This document shows positions 11,501 to 22,025 of a DNA stretch of 64,000 nucleotides, piece after piece (the stretch's first letter is position 1; each line of letters starts with the position of its first letter). The notes under the pieces are model-generated. The model saw only the letters and a list, made by a program, of their open reading frames with translations, was not told where the DNA came from and searched no databases. The translations under genes and the position numbers were made by a program. Origin of the DNA: Fonticula alba ATCC 38817 (lineage: Eukaryota > Protista > Nucleariida); assembly GCA_000388065.2 (NCBI GenBank), contig KB932204.1; one strand, 5' to 3'.

Positions 11501-12275
11501 CCGGAGGCAGGGTGCCCGGCGAAACATGTGCCGGTGGATGATCAAACTGGCGTGCTCCTTCCCCCAGCTTCACGCCCTGTGGAGCAGGACTCCACGTCCT
11601 CGGCCGCGGCCTCGCCGGGCATGCGTGCGGACGCTGATGGCAGCACTGGCGACAAAAACCCCACCGATGCTGGCATCGGCGAAGGCCGTGGGGCCGGCCA
11701 TGAAGTCGCCAGCCCTGGGGAGGGGGAAATTTCGGCCCCCGCAGAAGATGACCCAGCCGGCGACGTTGAGCCGGGCAATGTCCTGTCCGGCCTGGAAGCC
11801 CTCCTTCCGCCGGATTTCACGGAAGATCAACTCCTTGCCCTGACCGTGGAGGACTTCCTGCTGATGGTGCGTTCGGGCAAGAGGCGGCCTCGTGCCTGCG
11901 CCTGTCCGACGATCGCAGCCGTGCCCGTGCCCGTGCCCGTGCCCGTGCCCGTGCCTGTGCCTTGCTCTGGGCCACCGTCCACCCCCCTGACACATTGTGT
12001 TGATTTGCGCCCCCTGCTTCTTCTGTCGAACACCTGGCTAACTAAATGCCCCTCCGCGCTCGGTGCAGACGTACCGCTTCGAGAACACCAGACTTTCACG
12101 CAAACTAGACCAGGCCATTGCCGACTACAGCCACCAGGCGTCGCTTGTGCGATCGCGCATTGTCCGTGCGGTGAGCGAGGCGAGTGCTTTCTCCCTGTCC
12201 GCCTCGGGAGGCGCCCAAGCCGGGGGATCGGCAGCCGGCGGGGGATCGGCGCCGGGCCAGCTCCCGCCGCATTGA
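8530..12275 (+). CDS. BIR1: Bir1/Cut17-like (survivin-family) protein with two BIR domains, ~1,057 aa
   Basis: Exons 8530-8810, 8915-9113, 9273-9382, 9490-11866 and 12069-12275 total 3,174 nt in phase. BIR1 reads CYVC...WDRTEDPRQAHVNMNPAC and BIR2 reads WPH...MARAGFFY...CYSC...GWEPTDTAIGEHSRRDVAAYC. A long Pro/Ser-rich linker precedes a C-terminal helix LTVEDFLLMTYRFENTRLSRKLDQAI. Confidence 0.85.
10073..10219 (+). repeat. Coding minisatellite, 7 x 21 bp (DTE(P/L)Exx heptads), inside the BIR1-like gene
   Basis: Units start at 10073, 10094, 10115, 10136, 10157, 10178 and 10199 and read DTEPEVV DTEPEAA DTELEAT DTELGTA DTEPETA DTELETA DTELEAA. Confidence 0.95.
11921..11960 (+). repeat. (GTGCCC)n hexanucleotide microsatellite in BIR1 intron 4
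   Basis: gtgcccgtgcccgtgcccgtgcccgtgcccgtgcctgtgcc is seen directly. Confidence 0.9.
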
Positions 12276-13562
12276 ACAAAGCACATGAACCGAAAGGCTA
12301 TCCCGGCCGAGTGATCTTTCCTCGTGATTTTCGTCGAAAAGTGGCATGCAGATCCGGGGTCCAGGCGTGCAAGGCCAGGCCCGGGGGGGCGGGGGGGAGA
12401 GAGAGAGAGTGGGTGCCCCGTTGCTGAGTGGTGTTCAAAAACCAGGTGTATTGTAATGATTCAAATATATCGAGGCCCGGTTGATCTAGGCCGGCGAAAG
12501 GAAAACCCGCTTCGGGTGCCGTCCATGCGGGGGCGTAATCTCCTTTGGTCGGTTGGACCGTTCTGGCTCCCTGGCCCCTGCTGCGGGGCCGAAAAGACAT
12601 TCTCTCGGGTTGACATTATAGCATTTCGAGGGTTTACCCCAGGAGCTTTGGGGGCAGGGAACCCAGTCCCGCATGAGGCTTACTTGGCATTCGAGCGTGC
12701 CTGCGCTTCCGCATGGGCGAGCCCTGCCGGAGTGGCGGTCGGCTGGGCAGGGTTTCTCAGGGGTTGTGGTTCCTTTTGGCCGAGGGGGATGGGGTTTGTG
12801 TATCGCGTCGCGCTGCCTCCGGCGCAGGAGCCCGCTCGGCTTCCGGCTGGCAGAAGGTGGCATGACGGGGCGGACCATGCTGCCGCCTTTCTCCCTGGTA
12901 TGTCTCTCCTGCGGAAGCTGGCCAGTCGGTCTCCGTCCGCGGTCTTGGCTCCGGACACACGGACGGACGCGGATGCGGCACCCCCGTGTGCCCCCCCGTT
13001 ACTTCCGTCCCCCCCCCCCCCCCTCGCCTTCGCCCCATATCGGGCGCATGTTGTCCCTTTCACGGTTGCTTGCCGAAGGGTGCCGAGCAGTGTGGGTCGC
13101 CTGTTGCGTAGTGTGTGGTATTTTCTTCGTTCCTCCCTCGGCTTGCGAGCCGTTTTCGCATGGGAACGTGCCCCCCCCCACTCCCGAGCCAGCTGGCCTA
13201 GCCAGGGCGTCTGTGTGGGGCAACGGGTCCTCTTTGTCCGTCCGAGTGAGTGGCCGGGGGGGCGGGGGGCGGGGGGCGGGGCCTGAGGGCGGGGGAACTG
13301 AGGAGGGGACCCGTGGCCCGGACGGCCCGACCGGTGAACGCGCCTCCTTGGGGCGGGCCATGTGTGCGCTCTTTCTTCCTGGGGGCCGGGGGGTGGGCGG
13401 AGGGGGGGGGGGGGGGGAGGGACTGGGGGGGGGGGGGGAAAACGGGGGGGGGGGGGGGGAGGTTGATGAGGCACTCCCGCGTTCGCACTCCTCCCGAGGG
13501 TCCCGTCTCAACGCTTGTTACTTTTGATTCTCCTCCACTGATCAAGTACTGCGAACGCCACC

Positions 13563-14606
13563 ATGGTTCAGCCCAACTACTCCAAGACCTACACCGTCCC
13601 CCGCCGCCCCTTCGAGAAGGAGCGCATCGACCAGGAGCTCAAGCTCTGCGGTGAGTTCGGTCTCAAGAACAAGCATGAGGTCCGTCCTTTCCCCCTTGTC
13701 TGTGCTTTCTCTTCCTTGCCTCTCCTTGTTCCGGTTTTTTGTCGCTCCCCGGCGATGCCGCTCTGCTGCCTCTGCCAGGCGTGTGGCGCGTGGCCGCATG
13801 TGTGAAGACCCGGTCTTTGGTCTTTTTCTTTCCTGCAGCGTGAATGCCCCAAGCCCCCGCCAATTTCTCCTCCTCCTCCTCCTCCCCCTCCGTCCACTCA
13901 CACGCCGGTGCTTGTTCCCATTTATCCTCGCTCTAATTTGTCGCTGCTCGCTGCGCCGCATCGTCCCACAGGTCTGGCGCGTCAACTACACCCTGTCCAA
14001 GGTCCGCAAGGCTGCTCGTGAGCTCCTCACCCTGGACCCCTCCGACCCGCGCCGTCTGTTCGAGGGTAACGCCCTCATCCGTCGCCTGATCCGCCTCGGT
14101 GTCCTGCCTGAGGACAAGAACCGCCTGGATTACGTCCTGGCCCTCACCCACCACGACTTCCTTGAGCGTCGCCTCCAGACTCAGGTCTTCAAGAAGGGTC
14201 TCGCCAAGTCCATCCACCACGCTCGTGTCCTGATCCTCCAGCGTCACATCCGGTATGATCCCCTATCGCCCCCTCAACCGTTGCGCCTCGGGCGCCCAGA
14301 GCTCCTCCTCCGTATATACAGTCCCTCCTTCGGGGCCGGCGAGAGAGCCTACTACACACCTCGTAGCTGACCAGCCCCCGTCCCCCCCGGCCCCCTCCTC
14401 CCCCGCCTCTTGTCCGTCCCTGCTCGCGTGTTGACAGTGTCGGCAAGCAGGTCGTCACTGTTCCTTCCTTCATGGTCCGCCTGGACTCCCAGAAGCACAT
14501 TGAGATCTCCTTCACCTCCCCGTACAACGGTGGCCGCCCCGGCCGCGTTGCCCGCAAGCAGGCTCGCCGCGCTGCTGGCGGTGGCGAGGAGGAGGATGAC
14601 TACTAA
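13563..14606 (+). CDS. RPS9: 40S ribosomal protein S9 (uS4)
   Basis: Exons 13563-13679, 13972-14252 and 14438-14606 give [39 protein letters not shown]...[53 protein letters not shown]...GRPGRVARK. Confidence 0.98.
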
Positions 14607-16222
14607 ATGTCTTCGCCCCCCCTTTCCCCCCCCACACCCTCCGGTGTTGACATGTGCATGAAAATTGCTCCCCTTTGACACGCGCATGTCATCTTTCTCC
14701 TCCCCTCGAGATGAGAGGCCCTGTGTGCTTGCTTTGCATATGGCCGCCGCAACGCGCGAGAGGGGGCAACACACGTGGATGGGAGGATGCGTCACTGCGC
14801 CGCCCCCCCCCCCTGCGTGCTTCCCCTCGCGCGATGTCCCCCTCTGCGCGCGCTTTGCCGTAGATGGATTTCCTGCCTGCCACACGCACTTGCTTTCTCT
14901 TTCCCCCCTCGGGGGTGGGACTGGAGCGGTCTCAGCTTCGTCGTTGTTTTGATGGCAGGCATCCTTGTTGTCTCAATAATATACCAGTTGATCCAGATTT
15001 TCTCACGTTTTTCCTTCTTCTTCGTGTCTGGTGTCTTGTGATAGGAGAGGGGATGCTGTGGGAAGTGGTGTTTGTGTATGGGGGCGACGCGCGTGGCGGA
15101 AAGAGAGGAGGGCACAGGGGAGGACCTGGCATGCTTTTTTCATGGCGCCGGGAGGTGGGCGCCGGGAGACAGGGGTGCTTTTTCAGGTGTGATGGCCTCC
15201 CCTCCCGCTCCCTTTCCCCGCCAGTTCTCCCCTCAGTGCCTTTCCCTCTCCCCCTCCTTTCTCTCCCTACTTTCATCCCCTACTTTCTATTCGTCTGCGC
15301 GTGGCTGGCCTTCCTTGTTCCTTTTTTTTTGTCGCGCCAGGAGCGGAGAGGTGCTACACCTTCGGGGCGCTGTGCCATTTTTACATGATGCACCCGCTGA
15401 TGTCCGATGAGGGGCGGGTAGTTGTGATCTTGCTGGCAGTCCCTCAGGCCATCATATGTGAAAGGCTTCGCACAGGTTAGCGGTGCCGTTTGGTCCCTGC
15501 TGCTAGCCCGTTTGAGGTGTCGGCACCTGCTGCGAGCTTCCTTATCTCGCAGCGGCATTTCCCCGGCCAGCCTGTCATCTGCTGCGACCCACTGAGCGGG
15601 AGGTAAAGCAAGCCGCCGCCGTCCAGCATTGGGGTCCATTTCTCCCTCCCTCCCCCCTCTGTGTCCCTCTCGGACACACGCATGAACGGGGAAGACGCGC
15701 CAGCCCCCCATCTGTGGGTGCACGCCGAAATGGTGGCAGGGCTCTCTCTCTCTCTCTCCTATGAATGGGACAGATTGCCCCTGCTCCTACCCTTCTTATT
15801 GCCTGATGGCGGCAACGTGTGTCGGAGAGGGATGCTATTCCGGGTGGTCTCCTACGAGGGGTTTCATTTTCCTTTCTTCCCTATGCCTGTCTCTCCAGCA
15901 GGGTGGGGGAGCCATCGTAGTGTGCGCGCGCGCGTGCGTACGCGCGTGCGTGTGTGTGTGTGTGTGGACGGGGGTTATTCAGCATGGGCGAGAGGGCACC
16001 TCGGCCAGAGGGCGGTTTGGACTGGGGTTACTCTGGTTGGGACACACTTCCGGATTGCATGGTTTTGTGTTTGTATAGTTGTGAAGGGATGCACAGTCGA
16101 CCGGGATGGGGAGAGCCCGACCCAGGCAGGTTGATGGCAAGTACAAGGGGGAAGGTGCATTTCGGGCGGAAACTATGTGCCGGGCCTGGCCAAGAGAAAG
16201 GGAGGAGAGGAGAGGGAGACTC

Positions 16223-16989
16223 TCAGATCTCAGAGATGGGGGCGTGCTCGGGACTCTCCATGAGATTATCCTGCTGAGCGACACTCTTGAGGATTGCCTT
16301 CTTGGAGGACTCCTGGAGCTCACCGCCGAGGAGAACCTCATCAAGGACAAAGTAGGCCTTGTGGAAGTTGAAGATGAGATCGAGCTCGCACACCTGTGTA
16401 TGGACGGCCGGGGGAGGGGGAATGGCGGCACAGGGTGGCAAGGTCGGGCGTGGTGATTTGTGTCAGACCGGGAGAAGCAAAGTAGGAGACGGGACCGAAG
16501 GGGGAAGAGGCACGCACGTTGCCGAAGTAGCGGTCGAGAACCTCGACATACTGGTGGATGGCCTCCAGGGCATACAGCTCGTTGTCGTCGTTGTCGACGG
16601 TGGTGATGAAGTAAAGGGAGGCATAGCGACGGTAGACAATCTTGCGATCTGAGTGTCGGAGAGGAGAGAGCAGGAAAAGAGGGCACGTGTGTGCGTGTGT
16701 TTGCATGTGCAGAGGGGGGGGGGGGGGGGGGGGACGGCAGTGGTAATCAGCACGTGTGGGGCACATCGTGGCACGAGAATGCCCATGTCTGTGTCTGTGT
16801 GTGTGTGTGTGTGTGCAAGCCCGTACCCTTCCAGTCGATGAAGTTGCACATCTTGTTACGCCGGCTCAGGACAAGCTGCGCGACCTCGCGGGCAATCTTG
16901 TTCTTCTCGGAGGTCGGGGTCGGCACGAACCACTTGGCCAGGCGAACCTTGCCCTGGCGATTGATGAGGAGGAAAAATTGCATCTGCAT
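16223..16989 (-). CDS. AP1S1: AP-1 clathrin adaptor complex sigma subunit
   Basis: Exons 16989-16827, 16648-16518 and 16393-16223 total 465 nt. [51 protein letters not shown] and QESSKKAIL match sigma-1 (RYASLYF) rather than sigma-2 (RYAGLYF). Confidence 0.92.
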
Positions 16990-18816
16990 GGCACGAGGGA
17001 CAGCATTCAAAGGGAGGGTGAGAGGGTCAGCAGAAAGAAGGGGCCAGTCATGGGGGTGTGGATGCCAAGTTGGATGGATGGCACATGCTATGGGCGTACC
17101 ATGTTGACGTAGAAATGGGAGAAAAGGGCGACTGGGCGCGCTGTGCAAAAGAGGGACAATGCCCGGAGGTGGGATGCCAGGGACAATCGCAGTTAGAATG
17201 GGGAAATGGTTGGCTGGGGTATGCGACCCAAGCCATGGTGCTATGTGCGACTGGCTGCGGCGGGGGTCAGCCAATTGCCGCCCCACAGGCTGCAAGTGGG
17301 TCATCCGTCCGCGCCAGCGGCAGTGGAGGCCGCGACAGCAGCGCAGGTGGCGAGACCTGGGGCAGACCCCTGCACATGAGGAGGAGAGGTGACACTCTCA
17401 CGGCAGCCCTTGATCCAGGAGCACCATGGTGAGGGGAGTATGTACGAGAGGGGGCGAGGAGGGGAGGAGGGGAGGGGGGGATGTACCAGGGGTGGGCAAT
17501 GGAGGTGGCGGGTGGGGAAGGGAGGAGAGGGCCGGGAGGGTCGCGAAAGGGGAGGGAGGGAGAGAGAGAGAGAGAGCCAGGGGGGAGGGAAGGCGCAGGG
17601 TGCCGTTGTGTCTGTTCCCCTCGGGCCCGAGGGCCTCGGGCGATGGTGCCACCGCAGAAAAATCCCGGCATCCCAAACTCTCAAGCGCGAGTAATCGGGC
17701 GAGGAAGAGCCAAACCGACGGGGGAATGGAGGGGCGGGAGGAAAGCAGAGCGAGCAGCACTGGTGTCGGACCTCGGGTCAGGGCCGCCATTTGCCGCGGT
17801 GCGTGAGAGACAGAGTGCGGAAAAAAGGGAGCGTGACAGAGAGTGCCAGGGGTGACATGCACCTCACCGACCTCCAGGCAGGGACGGTGTTGGAGCTGAA
17901 TCCTGTATACTCGCTCGGGACGATATTGCGCTTGTGGGCTGCTCCCACAGCCATACAGAGATGTTCTGTCTCTCTCTCTCTCTCCCTCTCTGCCTCTCTC
18001 TGCCTCTCTCTGCCACTCTGGAGTCTTCTCCGCTTCGTCTGGCTCACCATCCTACGTGTTTGAGCCTCACACCAGCACGCGTGCCGAGGTCTTTCTCTCT
18101 ACCCCCGGCCTGCCCCCTATCCCAGCCCCCCTATTTGGAAAGTGTGGGGATTGGTCAAGGACCGAAGTGGCCCCAGTGGCCCAGACGGCCGGTGGCGTTT
18201 CTGAGAGAAGGCCCAGGGGGGGGGGGGGGGGGGGGGCGACGAGGGCGGGGCCCTCTAAAGATCCAAGGCCTGGCAGTCCGCCCCCGTTGGCTGGCCAGAG
18301 CAACTGAGGGGGGGGGGGCATTTCCGCCCATTTCCGCCCTCTCATGCGTAAGATTGGCCGTGGGTGTTCTCCATCATCAGATCCCACCACACGAATCACG
18401 CCTGTTTGGTGACTGATCGACCAGGGCAATCATGAATGGTGTAAGCGCCGCTGGGGGGCGAGGAGTTGGAGGCTCGCTCCCCCGGTGTTATCCCCCCGAT
18501 CCATGGGCGTCTGCGTCCTGGATAATCCATGCCCCCCTGTTGGGGCAGGAGCGGACCTGAGATTGCCTTGCAGGTGCCAGGAAGCACCCCAACGTAGTCT
18601 CTGCATCACACGGCTAGGCGGGATGCGTTGATGGTCGTGGACTTGGCGGCTCCGGGGCACGGTGGGGAGATGTTATCCGTGCCTTAAGCGACCGAATGGA
18701 GGCGGCAGATAAAATCCCTCCCCCACTAAGCCCCTCACCCTCCCCGCTTTCCTACCACCAACTTCCCTCCTTCGTTTCTCCCCCCTCCCCCCCCCCCACA
18801 TCCCCCTTTTATCACC

Positions 18817-19729
18817 ATGGCCAGCGACCGCCCTAACCTGACGGACGATCAGATCCTGAGCATTGTCTTCGATGAGGGTACGCACCTGCTTTTGCGACAT
18901 CCGCCTTCTGTCTTTGGGTTTCTCCCTTCCGGCTCTCCCTGTGTGTATTTGCGCACTCACATTGCCTTCTCCCTTGCCGCCCCCTCCTCCCCAACGGAAT
19001 GTGTGTGTACACGCGCGTGTGTGTGTGTATGTCACCTTGCCAGACCCGGCCTCGACGCCGGCTGCTTCTGCCAACGACCTTGATGCCGTTGATTTCGAGA
19101 TGGCCCCCATCCCCGCCGAGGTGAAGGACAAGCACCTGCGCATCATTTCCCTGGCCGCCTCTGGCAAGCTTGATGAGGCCCTCCCCCAGCTGGTTGCCCT
19201 GACGCAGGAGCACCCGACCTTTGCCGGGGCTTTTAACGACCTGTTCGTGACCTTCCTCTGCCCGTCCCCGCCCTTTTCACGCCATCATTTCTCCCTCTAA
19301 CCTCCCTCTTCCCCGGTCCCTTGATTCTCTTCCACTCGCAGGGCTCAAACCTATCGTCTTCTCCGGCGCGAGGAGGACGCCATGGGTGCCCTGGATTTGG
19401 CCATTGAGCTTTTGACCAAGGGCGCTTCGGGGACGCCGGTGCTTATCCAGGCCGAGGACCGCAAGAAGGTCCTCGCGGCGGCCTTCACTCAGCGCGCGAT
19501 GCTTCGGCGGTTCCTCGGCGGCGCGTCCGAGGAGGCAGACGAGCTGGCACGAGTGGACTTCGAGCGGGCTGCCGCTCTGGGGAGCGAGTTCGCCAAGCGC
19601 GAGGCCGCCAAGCTCCACCCGATCGCCAAGCTTTGTGACTCGATGGTTTCTCAGATGATGAAGGACTACCGTGCCACTCTGGGGGGAGCCCCGGGGCCGG
19701 CGTGTTCTCGGCCGAGCGATGGCAACTAA
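18817..19729 (+). CDS. TTC36: Tetratricopeptide repeat protein 36 homolog, 215 aa
   Basis: Exons 18817-18877, 19044-19242 and 19342-19729. DDQILSIVF, AFNDLAQTYRL, AFTQRAML and ARVDFERAAALGSEFAKREAAKLHPIAKLCDSMVSQMM parallel the TTC36 segment [31 protein letters not shown]. Confidence 0.85.
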
Positions 19730-20257
19730 GGCATTTGTTTACTCCCCCCCCCCCATCGCCCACATGCCCTCTTTCTCCCAGGGCACTTCTCTTCCCAGCT
19801 GGCTGCCCCCCCCCCCCTTCCCACGGATGGCTCTTTCACCCGGAGGGCCTCTTTCACAGTCTTCTGAATACACCTTTCATTCCCCCCCTCACCTAATTGC
19901 CCCGTCCTTGTGTCTTGATGTGCACATCCATCGCGCTCTTCCTTTCACCACCTCCTCCTATCCAACCAGAAAGCCTCCCCTGTCAAACATGGATGTATAT
20001 TCTCTCTCTCTCTCTCTATCCACCACACGCCTCTGACCTGGACTTGGGCTCCATTTGCACAGGTGTGTTGGAGCCATGGAGAGGACCGAGGGAGGGGGAC
20101 GGAGAAAGGAGGGCAGAGAGATGGGACAGTGACCTTGGCCAGTGCGCGACGGTGCGCTGTGGCATTCTGACACGCGCCACCGGGTGAGGAGGCATCCCGG
20201 GGGGTCACTCGGACCGGATGACATTCATGCAGGAAATGCGCGCATTAGTATGCGCGT

Positions 20258-22025
20258 TCAGAGATCCTTCTTGTTCTCCACGACGCCGCGCTGCTGGTTG
20301 ACCATGCGCTCGAGCTTGTCGCGCTCATCCATGAGACTGACAAAGGTGGCGTTCTGGTTCTTGGCCTGGGTCTCGAGGGCGGTGTTGTTCTTCTTCAGGG
20401 AGGTGACCTTTAGCCAGCCATGGGGAGGGGGGGGGGCGGGAGGGCGAGAGGTGGGGTGTGTTACGGCGGTGACCTGTTAGTGCCAATGATGCGCGGTTAT
20501 CTGAGGGGAGGGGGGGGGGGAGACAGCACGCGGAGGGTGCGCGTGCGAGCCAGCAGGCAGACGTGTGTGCAAATATTCATGAGCGTGGGAGTGTGTAGGA
20601 GGCCGTGTGAAGCACAAGCCGGAGGGCGAAGAGCGTACCTCCTTCTCGAGGTCGGCAATGGTCTTGTTCAGCTCCTGCACGAAGATACGCAGGGGGGGCG
20701 GAGAGCGAACAGACACATACGGGTTGCGCCGAGGACGAGAAGGGGTCGCGCGCGGAGGGGAGTTCATGAGGCAGGTGGAAGGGGATATCGCGCGCATGAA
20801 GAGATATGGGCAAGGGAGGGGGGGGGGGCGGGGGAGGGGGCAAGAGACAAAATGAGGCGAACTAAGGTGAGCAGGGCTGAGGTGGGAGGTGGCTCAGCCG
20901 GACATGGGAGGAGGCAAGCCGCACGAGGTGGGCAGCAAATGTGTCGGCCTTCTTCCCGGTGCCGGACAGGCAGCTCGGATACGGACCTTGATGGAGGAGG
21001 AGGAGGAGCCGGACTCATCGATCATGCGCTTGTACTCCTGTGTGCATGGTTTGCGCAAGTAAACGTCGGTGGGAGGTGGGGGACCTGTCAGTTTCTGCGG
21101 GCACAACAGCTGGCAGTTTGGGCAGTCTTGCAGCGAAAGGCAGAGAGAGAGAGGGGCGAGGGGGAGCATGGGGGAAAGGTGCACCTTCTCGGAGTTGAGA
21201 TACTGCTTGTGCAGGACAGCAAGCTTGGCCTCCGAGGTGGAGATCTCCAGAAGCACGGCCTGGAAGCGGTGGAGGACACTGTTGATGGTGGACCAGGGAG
21301 GCCGGCCAGCAGAGTCGTGGTCAGAGGTGGGTTCTCCCGAGGAAGGCACGTGGCCCATTGCGAACATGGTGCTCGGGGCTGGCAGGACGTACAAGGCCAG
21401 GAAGAGAGTGATGCCAGTCAGGTAGACATTGCGCTCGGCGTAAAACTTCGAGGTGTAGAGGTTCATGAAGGGGTCGATCAGGGCGGTGCCCTTGTTGTAG
21501 ACGGCCTGCTGCTGGGAGATTTCATTCTCCAGGCGATACATGCGGCTGATGGACTCTGGAAGAGGATCAGCGAGGGAATGCGCAGGATAGAGCACACAGG
21601 TCAGAGGCATGTCAAAAGCAACACCGGCCCCGCATGGCTCAACAAGGGAGGCTTGTGTGACGGGCGAGGGGAGGGGCGGGAGCACAATGAAAGCTCTTTC
21701 CCCTGGGTGAGGCCGAGCTCCCGAGCGTACCGAGGAAGAGAAGAGTGACCAGGACAAACACCACCTGGACACCGATCTTGAGCTTTGCGGCGAACGGGGA
21801 GTTGGCGATGAGCGAAACGACCTTCTTCCGGCTGAGGATGGAGATTTGTCAGTCGGGCCATCGTCCGGGCAGGAGGGCACCAAAGGGGGGGGGGGAGGGG
21901 AGGGGAGGGGAGATTCTTTCCAATCTAATGGGAACGCACAAGGCCGGGGAGAAAGGCAGCATCAGCAGGAGGAAGGCAACCACCTCCATGACCAGGATGC
22001 CGAACACAAGGGTGTAGAGGGACAT
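20258..22025 (-). CDS. BCAP31: BAP31/BAP29/Yet-family ER membrane cargo chaperone
   Basis: About seven exons. Three N-terminal TM segments (MSLYTLVFGILVMEVVAFLLLMLP...), the signature KFYAERNVYLTGITLFLAL, a coiled coil LETQAKNQNATFVSLMDERDKL, and a C-terminal KKDL* dilysine ER-retrieval signal. Confidence 0.85.

Noticed and set aside
12430-12700. Several small hairpins and a GCCTAGATCAA word resembling U2 snRNA
   Set aside because: No branch-pairing GUAGUA or other snRNA hallmarks; the stems are short and compatible with GC-rich 3'-flank noise.
13680-13971. Intronic snoRNA in RPS9 intron 1
   Set aside because: No convincing box C (RUGAUGA) and box D pair or H/ACA double hairpin was found by eye.
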